64,000 nt of DNA from Cladosporium halotolerans. Lineage: Eukaryota. Below the pieces are notes generated by a model, which was given only the letters and a program-made list of their open reading frames with translations, made no database searches and was not told where the DNA came from. The translations under genes were made by a program, and so were the position numbers. The stretch is taken from positions 62,001 through 126,000 of the forward strand of contig NW_027191488.1 in the NCBI RefSeq assembly GCF_011745625.1, read 5' to 3'. Below, piece after piece: positions 55,793 to 64,000 of the stretch; positions within the stretch are counted from its first letter, which is position 1; each line of letters opens with the position of its first letter.

Positions 55793-56762
55793 GGGTGTGA
55801 CTTGGGCGAAGAACAAGAAGGAGTTGCCTTTGTGATGAAGATATGATCATTGTCTGGAAGACGACTGCTTGGGCGTCACTCGAATGTTGGCCGCTCGCGT
55901 TCTGGAGGCTAGAGGCAATGCGCGCGGACCGATTCAGGAGTTTCTGTGTTCAGTACTGGTATCGGGAGGAAATGCACGGGATCCGTGGCTGTGGAAGATA
56001 TCATACGGAATATTAATGTACAACGATCTATGGACCTGATGCGGACGGCCGCTGCGGCCAACAACCGTGGAGATGAATGAATACCGAGTCCTGAGGAGCT
56101 AATGCATGTATCCATCGGCTGAGATTTCTGGGAAGAGTGTGCTCGTCTACACACATGGTAACATTCGTTTCTTATTGGGAAAGCGCCCATGCGACGATTC
56201 CATGCCAAAGCGCAAATTCGAATGGCCATGCGGTTTGCAAGAATGCGTACCAGCATGTTGATTGCCGGCGCTAGAAGCTGCAGAACAATGGGCTTCGTAA
56301 ACAGATTCTCCACTGGCTGGTCTAGGCCAGCCCACCACAGACTGTTTCTGGCAAGCTTGATGTGCGGACTGGCAACTGGCAGCGAGGTGTCAGCGCACCT
56401 TGCACGGCTTGGTTGGTTGAGTTTTACCGGCCTTCGTTCATGTTCCATGCGGTCATGGCAATCTTCAGGGCAGCCTTGCAAAAAGCGACTGGATGCTTCA
56501 TTAGAATGCAATTTCACAGTATGCTGCTTCGTCTTTATGCCCAACACTGCGTGGCTACACCACGCCAATGCAAGCGCGCGACACGCTTCCGTACAAATGT
56601 AGCCCAGCGACCACTTGCGCAGGATTTCTCTTTCTGTCAATTGTGCCGAAGCCGGCCGGGGAATCAGACCCGATCGATGTTGAGGACTAGTTACTGTTCG
56701 TGGTTAGGGTCACTGGAGTAGTGTCTCCATACTCACTCCATGGGGCTCCGTGCGGATGAGCG

Positions 56763-56825
56763 CGGTGGTACCACGGCGTATCTTCATATCATGCGACCCT
56801 AACGCGCACTACGGGCCATGCACGG
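56763..56825 (+). promoter_or_regulatory. Two CGG-N8-CGG Zn2Cys6-type sites upstream of the GH32 gene
   Basis: CGGTGGTACCACGG (56763-56776) and CGGGCCATGCACGG (56812-56825). Confidence 0.4.
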
Positions 56826-57392
56826 GCTATGGCTTCTACCGTGGAATGGCAAAATCCCTCAGGATCATGGCAGACGTAGCCGTACCATACTCAAGAGCCG
56901 ATTGACATACAGGAAGCTTCCAGCCACCGCATCGTTCTTTTCCACCAAGACACCACATCACATGGGCAGATCTCGGCCCAGCGATCTCCATGTGGGCGCA
57001 AGGTTGGTCGTCCTGAGAGACGCATAGCCATGCCTGTTCCTAGCCCTGCCACGACCTGCGCCGGGCAAGGAGTGGAGTCGCTTCTATTCGGCCCTTCTTC
57101 CCCACTCCCATGGGGAAGCGAGGCTCGTGGCGCGCGCTACCGCAGCCCACATGGGCGGCATGGGCGGGGTCTGTTTGCAATGACCTCACGCTTGTTGACC
57201 AAAGAAAAAAAGATGCCTGCGCCTCCTCACCCGGACGGGCCTTCGTATGGAGGCCCAGCCATGCCAATACAGGGTGGTCTGGGCGGTGATTTCCGGTGTC
57301 CACCGGCAAGCAATACTACATAAACGTCGGTCCCTCGCCATGATGCCAGGCCCTCGGATCTACCATCACCTCGCCTAGTTGGGACTATCAAG

Positions 57393-59398
57393 ATGAAGAC
57401 TTTCTCTCTGTCTGCGGCCTGCCTCGCAGCGTTGCCTGCTGTCCTGGCGTCGGGCCAGCTGGATCGACGCGATCACGAGTCTTGCTCCAGCATCGACGCC
57501 GACCAAATTCGTGCCTCGGGCAACAACACTCTCTTCACTCGCTGGAGGCCGTACAGCCATGTCAATGCTCCGGCTGGCTGGTTGAACGATGCGTGCGCGC
57601 CGATGTACGATCCCATGAGGGATGAATATCACATCTTTTACCAATGGCACCCCAATCACATCAACTGGTAAGTCTCCTGCTCGAGCATTCCCATTATGAG
57701 CAGCTTCTAACCGTGCTTCTTTTGTACAGGGGCAACATTTCATGGGGTCATGCCACAAGCAAGGACATGATCACTTGGACTGACAAGGGCGGCTGGCGCG
57801 ACAGTGAGGCGCTGGCCCTGGGCCCGACTGGCAACGGCTCATACAACGGCTTGGGTATTTTCAGTGGCACCGGCCAGCCAGTGAACCTCCAGGGTGAACA
57901 GGATGGCACACTGCTTCTATTCTACACATCCGTGGCTTACCTGCCTACCAACTGGCGCATCCCATACACGCCTTACACCGAGACTCAGAGCTTTGCTTAC
58001 AGCACTGACGGCGGCGACACCTGGCAGCAGTACGAGAACAACCCCGTTATCAACGCTACGACTGAGACTGCCCCGATGTACTGGAACGTCACTGGCCACC
58101 GTGACCCGTTCTTCGAGCCCTGGCCTGCGATGGACAATCTGCTCGGTGCTTCCGAGCCCCACTACTACATGGTCATGGGATCCGGTATCAAGGGTGTAGG
58201 CCCGCGCATGCCTCTTTGGTCTGCCCCGGCTCGCGATCTCACTGACTGGACTTTCCTCGGCTCTCTTTGGGAGCCCGAGGCGAACTCCTCTTTTGGCCCT
58301 GTGCTTGCCACTGGCAGCAACGCCTTCAACTTCGAAGTCTCCGGCTTCTACTCGCTGCCTGATAGCAAGGGCAACCTCCACTACTACACCACCTACGGCA
58401 CCGAGGGTGGCAATGTCTCTTTCCACCAGTCCCCGCAGTGGGCTCTCTGGGCCGAAGGCACCATCACTCCTCGCGAGAACGGCAGTGCCCAGTTCAACCA
58501 GATTGCCGGCGGCGTCGCTGACTGGGGCAACGGCTACGCCATCACTCAGTTCAACGACACCAAGAACGACCGCCGCATCCAGTGGGTCTGGACTCGCGAG
58601 GACCTTGTCGGCGATGAGGGCCTCTTCAGCGCCACTCAGCAAGGCTTCCAAGGCGCCCTGGCCATCCCCCGCGAGATCTTCGTCCACGAAACCCACGGCG
58701 TCCTCAACCCCAACGGCAGCCTCAACACCGGTGACTCCTTCCTCTCCCAGCGTGCCGACGGCACCTACGACGTCTCCACGCAAGGCCGCCGGCCCGCGTC
58801 GGACGTCATGGAAGGCCTCCGCGAGGGCGCCGGGCACGCCTGCCACGCGACGAACGAAACCTTCACTTCCTCTGAAATGTTCGCCGACACCTCCGCGGCC
58901 TCCTACGAGCTTCTCGCGACTTTCTCCGGCGCCTCCAGCGGCCCCGTCGGCCTCGTCATCGCCGCCTCGCCCGACGGCTCCGAGAAGACGCACGTCTTCT
59001 ACAACCCCGCCAACAGCACCGTGCTCGTCGACCGCAGCGCCAGCAGCATGATCAAGGAGTTCGGCAACGCCACCGTCACGGGCTACTTCCACCCGTACAC
59101 GATGGCGGCCACCGGCGCGGTCGAGGACATCGTCATGCACGTCATCGTCGACGGCAGTCTCGTCGAGGTCTTTGTCAACGAGCGCTTCGCGCTCAGCACC
59201 CGTGTCTACCCGTCGCAGACTTGCAGCACGGGCTACGGCGTGTTTGTTGGCGAGGAGGGCGAGGCGCGCGTCAAGAGCTTCGAGGCTTGGGTTGGGCTGA
59301 AGAACGTTTGGCCGGAGAGGCCGGAGGACAGCAGCAGTGAGCTGGTGTGGGATTCGGTCGAGGAGACGAACAATTACACTTGGTGGTCTGGTAACTAG
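57393..59398 (+). CDS. Secreted GH32 beta-fructofuranosidase (invertase/exo-inulinase)
   Basis: Signal peptide; GWLNDAC (nucleophile Asp), YHIFYQWHP, W|GNISWGHATS across intron 57668-57729, IFSG, HRDP, FNFEVS; C-terminal beta-sandwich VDGSLVEVFVN..STRVYP. Confidence 0.93.
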
Positions 59399-60283
59399 AT
59401 GGGAAGAGGGAAGAGGGTGGAGTAGATGTATATATGAGATCAAGAATGTATAAACGACGATCGCATCGAAGTTGTCCCGTTCATCCACTGGATAATTGTA
59501 TGGAGATGCGGCCCTGCGAGGTGGCACACGGCCGTCAACGTCACAAGAGTGTGGTCGGTGTGAAGCTGTCATGGAGAAGGAATCAAGACGATTCACTGCA
59601 TCCATGTCGGAGATTCAGATTGTGAGCTGAATCAGCAATCGTGTATGTCTCGCACCAACAGGCTGAATGCTCCTGCACGGTACAGCCACAGGTACCTCGC
59701 CAACACCTGTGCCTGTCCACGTGCATAGCTGGTGGCGATAGACTTCCGGGCACGACCGGGAGGCGGGGATGGAGGTCCAGTCGATCGGGTCCAGCCGCGA
59801 TGCCATGTGCGGTGCGTGGGTGGTGCGATGACGATCGCGCGGGGCAGGGCTACATAGGCGCGCGCGAGAGAGCATCAGCAAGGGTCGTGTCAATAAAGCT
59901 GCCCACCAAGATCGGCGCGTTAAGCGAGGCGTTGGTGTTGGGCCAGAATGATCACAATTGCGTCGTTGCTGGAGGCCCATAAGCGACGGCTCTCGCTGTG
60001 TGCATGTGACGAGCTGAATGCACCGGCACGCCACAGCGCTGCACGCAATCCGTCGCCAGAGGCTGAGGCCTGCCAGCAGAGCTTAACCCGCGCCAACACA
60101 GCCCACAGCCCACCCTCGACCTCAGCCTGCAGCCGCTGTCCTTGTCGAGTCTTGTCCCGTCTTTGCCTTGTCCTGCCCTGTCCGTCTGGTATCTTCTTCA
60201 CTCACGACACTCCAAACGTGCACCCCAACCAGCACCCGTACCGTGATGCCAGCTTTGGCCTTTACCTCACCTGAGTCTCCCAC

Positions 60284-62203
60284 ATGTCGGTTGTGGGCGA
60301 AGTAGTGGGCGTCATTGTCAGTAGACTCCCTTCAGCTCTGCCCCACCTACGCCTCGACCGCGAAGCCTCGCTCTCAGAATCCATATACCTCCTCTTGACA
60401 ACAGCTAATCTGTCACCCAGGCCTGCGTCGCCGCCGTCGTTTCCGCTTATCGCGATGGTGGGCATATCATTCAGAAAATTAAAGTCAAGCGCGCGCAGAA
60501 ACGCGCCGCACCACCCTCGCGCCTCCTCGAGGAATCAATCGACCAGGCGCCGGAGGACATCGAGCGCGAGAAGCAGCGAGGCATCTCGCGCTTCGGCAAG
60601 GCTTTCGAAGCTGGGGACACCATCGCCGTTATCGCGCTGCAGCAAATCACTATCCAGCTGCAAGGAAGCTTGCTCGAGGAGCTACGCAATGCTGCCTTCG
60701 ACGATGCCTTCACGGACTTCAGACACCTCGTAGACGTCGCTGACGCCGGGCGAGACAAGTCTATGAACACGCTGATCGAGCTGCGCCAGCGTTTACTTAC
60801 TGCCGAGCCGATTCACGATCTTGAGCTGTCCCCGACCTCCTCGCACGCCACTGCGAGATCGGACTCCTTCACTCAACAGCAGCGAAGAGCTCTGCCCGCT
60901 TCATCATCCTCAACAGCCGATCTGAGGCCGACCCCAGCATGGGCACAAGCTAATCACGCCGCTTCTCGCGACGCGTCAGGAGAAGAAGACGCCGCATCGG
61001 GCGCCGAGAACTTGCCTCGACAGCCAACTAAGCGTGGCAGTTTCCTTCACTTTTTACGCCACGCGAGGACGAACAGCAGCCATGGGGAGCGGTCTGGAGT
61101 GCAGACGCCTGCTGTTGTTGTGGAAGAAGGCGTGAAAGAATCGCCTCAGCCGGAATCGCCTGTCAATGGCCCGACGCGGAATGCCACGGTCACCAGTGAT
61201 GCGAGGTCGTCGGTCAGTGCGGGCTCGAGCCATTCGACTGTACCGAGCACGACTTTCAGATACCAGCCTTGGGAGGGTGAGTCAATTTATCTGAAATCAA
61301 CGATTGAGAACAAGATCCTGACCATTTCACAGTGCGTATGAAGCGAACGTGAGATACGTGACCGCCGTGCTGATCGCTCTTTTGTAGGATGACCCAGCTA
61401 AAATCTGGGGAACAAAAAACACAGCAGAGTCGCCGGAGATGGTAGCAGCAGACCCCATGTCCAACTCGCCCCCACCCGTCCAGCGTACTTCGTCTGGCCC
61501 AGCTATGCTTCGTAACTCTTCCGTGATGGTGCCGACTCCCACGCCAGACAACCACTACCTTGGCTTTTGCAAAAATGCCGTTCGCCTCCAAAATGGCGAC
61601 AGAGGAGCCTTTGAAAAACACAATGAGCATGCTTACTCTCGGTCCGGCTACTCCTCAGTCACCATCCAGTACCTGGCCTGCAGATCCGCCAAGTGCAGCT
61701 TCATGGGGCAGCTCAAAGCGGACAAGATCTGGGAGCGAGTTTGGAAGGACGAGCCTCTTGGCCTGAAATGGCGCTGGGCGTTCCTTGCCAAGTCGCACGT
61801 TCAGCAGAAGCAGGTGAAAGGCCAGCAATTTGCGTACCAATGCATCTTCTGCACCTTCGCAACCGGTAAGGGCGCCGTATATCACAGCACGAGAATGTAC
61901 ATGGAGCATGTTGCCACTCATCGTGGCGAGATGAGCGAGGTGCTCAAGTACAAGACTGGGTGCCTGAACGATCGCATGTGCAATGACGAGGAGGAGTTCG
62001 ACATTAATCTCTTCCCGCTCGACGGTCAAGAGAACCGCGATCGTCAAGCTTCGCAGTGCCTCTCGGATGATCTCCAGGGGTTGGCGATCTTTCCCCCCAA
62101 ACCGAAGCCTGCGGACTCAATGTTCGGCGCCAACGAGCCTTGGAACGAGGGCCTGTCCAACTTCCATTACCGCAGTGACTTGGACCCGACCGAGCTCGAA
62201 TGA
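60284..62203 (+). CDS. Uncharacterised protein (567 aa): N-terminal helical HeLo/4HB-like region, disordered linker, Cys/His-rich C-terminal domain
   Basis: Exons 60284-60316, 60421-61275 and 61388-62203. Intron 60317-60420 (GTCAGT..GCTAAT..CAG) and a complex intron 61276-61387. C-terminal GFCK..C..KC..WAFLAKSHV..CIFC..EHVATH. Confidence 0.8.
61276..61387 (+). other. Spliceosomal twin intron (stwintron), [D1,2] with alternative [A2,3] route
   Basis: G|GTGAGT..CCTGAC..CAG|TGCGT..GCTGAT..TAG. Removing 61277-61332 creates donor GTGCGT. Only removal of 112 nt in total restores the reading frame. Confidence 0.85.
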
Positions 62204-62254
62204 AGCGCCGCTTTCGCGGTCTGCCTTCAGCCCCGCAGCACTTTTCCCGACGCT

Positions 62255-62995
62255 TCAGCCGCGCCAGATGCGCACAATGACAAGCTTTTCCCACCCAGCC
62301 TTCTTTCCACTAGACCCAACAGTCTCCGCGCACCATCCAGCCGGCCACGCACGAATGCGCTCTTTGACCGCTTCCGGCTTATTCTGCGCACAAAGCAGCA
62401 CATACGCCACGCCCCGCGCGCTCAGCACGCCCGGCAACCGCTCCAGCAACCGATCCGTCGTTTCCATCCCATCCTCGCCACCCGCATACGAAAGCTCAAG
62501 CAACTTCGAGTCCCGCTCAAACACCTCCGGCGACGCCATGGCCTCCGCGTCCAGCGGCGCCGGCAGCGTCTCCGTCGGCACGTACGGCGGGTTGAACACC
62601 AGAACATCCACTTCTCCATCTTTGACGCACGACGTCAAATCCCCCTCCACTACATCCAGGAACGCCGCCCGCGGCTCAGCCTGCTCCGCCACCGCGCCCC
62701 GCACTGTCTGCGCCGCTGCTCTCGCGGCAAGCGCATTCACATCCGTGCCGAGGAAGGCGACGTCCGCGCGGCCGAAGATCGTCTGCGCGTTCGCGGCCGC
62801 GAAGGCGAGGACGACGCCGGAGCCGACGCCGACTTCGAGGACGAGGGGGCTGGGCGTTGAGGGGGAGGGGAAGTGGGAGGCGAGGAAGGCGGTTTCGCTG
62901 GCGGAGGAGAGCGTGTCGAGGAGCAGGTAGGAGTCTTCGGCGGGCTCGTAGATGGCGTCGAAGGAGACGTGGGTTGTTGAGGGGGTTGGGAGCAT
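62255..62995 (-). CDS. MTQ2: eRF1 glutamine methyltransferase, HemK2/N6AMT1 family
   Basis: MLPTPST, IYEPAEDSYLLLDTL, LEVGVGSG, VFNPPYVPT, SYAGGEDG, WEKLVIVRI. Confidence 0.93.
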   Translation of the reverse strand: MLPTPSTTHVSFDAIYEPAEDSYLLLDTLSSASETAFLASHFPSPSTPSPLVLEVGVGSGVVLAFAAANAQTIFGRADVAFLGTDVNALAARAAAQTVRGAVAEQAEPRAAFLDVVEGDLTSCVKDGEVDVLVFNPPYVPTETLPAPLDAEAMASPEVFERDSKLLELSYAGGEDGMETTDRLLERLPGVLSARGVAYVLLCAQNKPEAVKERIRAWPAGWCAETVGSSGKKAGWEKLVIVRIWRG

Positions 62996-63531
62996 CTTTA
63001 GTTTTATTTTTCGTGGCTTGACTCCAGAATTTATTTGAAGTTCTCTTTAAATTTGAGATTTTGAGCAAGGCTGGCGGGCAGGCTGTTTGATGGTTTTCGC
63101 GATTCTTTCTTTCTCCGCAGGAGGCTTGGGGTCTCTTTGATGGGTTGGATTTTGGAGCGAGAACTTCGATGTCGCTTATGCTGATTTTGGCGATCTTGTA
63201 AGGTTGGTTGAGCAACCTGGCTTGAAGACAGTACACTCGTCTTCTCTTGAAAAGACGAAGAAGGCAACGAATACAAGGGATGATAATGTAAGCACTAGCA
63301 ACGGTCTTCAAGGGTCTCCAATGCGACTCGTGCAGAGAAGTTCAAGCCCGCAGCCAGTTTCGGCGCTCGATGACGTCGGCACCGCCCGGCTCTGGCTCTG
63401 GCTTCAACTCGACCTCCCATTGACATCCAATACACAAAACTCCGCCATCAACCTCCCCCTACTGTACATTACACCTTGATACCCAGCATCCTCGCCTCTC
63501 ATCAACCCCCACCACCTGTTCGCCAGCAACC

Positions 63532-63960
63532 ATGCGCCCCGCCCTCCGCCTCCTCGCAACCCCCACCTCCCTCTCCAAAGGCCTCAAACCCGAACCCCTC
63601 GCCCTCCTGCCCCCGATCCCCCTCTACCGCCGCCTGCTCCGCGCCCACCGCAAACACCTCCCCGCCGAAATGCGCCTGCTCGGCGATGAGTACGTCAAGG
63701 CCGAGTTCCGCGCGCACCAGAAGATCGACAACCCCGTGCACATCGTGGGCTTCTTGACCGAGTGGCAGGGCTACGCGCAGATGGTCGAGGGCGATAATTG
63801 GCGGGGCGAGAAGATGGATAAGGCCAAGGTCGACAAGATGAGCGACGAGCAGGTCGCGCAGATGTATGAGCTTATGAGGAGTATTCGCGAGAGGGAGGTG
63901 GAGGGGAATGAGGCGGAGGTGGAGGCTAGGAGGGCGGCGGAGAGGGAGGGGAAGAATTGA
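63532..63960 (+). CDS. SDH7: Succinate dehydrogenase assembly factor 3 (Sdh7/Acn9, LYR protein)
   Basis: LLPPIPLYRRLLRAHRKHLPAEMRLLGDEYVKAEFRAH...GFLTEWQ.Y...KMSDEQVAQMYELM; basic N-terminal presequence. Confidence 0.92.
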   Translation: MRPALRLLATPTSLSKGLKPEPLALLPPIPLYRRLLRAHRKHLPAEMRLLGDEYVKAEFRAHQKIDNPVHIVGFLTEWQGYAQMVEGDNWRGEKMDKAKVDKMSDEQVAQMYELMRSIREREVEGNEAEVEARRAAEREGKN

Positions 63961-64000
63961 TGTGGTGCTTCTTTGTTTCGGGAGCGGAGCATAGGAGGCG

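Noticed and set aside
55850..56720. ORFs of 119-243 aa upstream of the GH32 gene (also 10300-11100, 36940-37570)
   Set aside because: Mostly non-ATG starts, no host codon bias and no motifs; treated as intergenic.
33640..59398. Possible secondary-metabolite cluster (TauD, MFS, SDR, dehydrogenase)
   Set aside because: No PKS/NRPS/terpene backbone gene or cluster regulator, and the genes are interspersed with housekeeping genes (THS1, UNG1, Ras-like GTPase).
57917..59605. 562-aa antisense ORF over the GH32 gene (similarly 47222-48292, 33935-34837, 35950-36732, 27692-28453)
   Set aside because: Shadow ORFs expected from strong C/G third-position bias; no recognisable motifs.

Overview
Gene-dense eukaryotic DNA from a filamentous ascomycete (Pezizomycotina; a Dothideomycete is my best guess, not proven). 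Evidence: short 50-105 nt GT-AG introns with CTRAY branch sites and fungal-type proteins. I could build about 30 protein-coding gene models by hand. They are mostly housekeeping or metabolic: fatty-acid desaturase, APP1-type phosphatase, L-LDH, F-box/YccV protein, Sec14, Pkr1, UCH deubiquitinase, Pom152, two GPI wall proteins, TauD dioxygenase, GH16, MFS, Ras-like GTPase, prenylcysteine oxidase, ThrRS, D-2-hydroxyacid dehydrogenase, WW protein, Ung1, SDR, GH32 invertase, Mtq2 and Sdh7. There is one 10-N assembly gap. I recognised no tRNA, rRNA, CRISPR array or intact transposon. Best observations: (1) a spliceosomal twin intron (stwintron, [D1,2] with an alternative [A2,3] route) at 61276-61387, which is needed to restore the frame of an uncharacterised gene with a HeLo/4HB-like N-terminus and a Cys/His-rich C-terminus; (2) a solo Ty1/copia Gag-N-terminal-like gene with a decayed paralog 1 kb downstream and no pol or LTRs; (3) a UCH enzyme with a 3 x 180-bp repeat insert and a probably truncated C-terminus; (4) an intronless, actinobacterial-looking dehydrogenase with a PTS2-like extension; (5) a degenerate caleosin-like protein; (6) recurrent C-rich to G-rich skew switches. 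All family assignments are from motif recognition by eye; no database searches were run.
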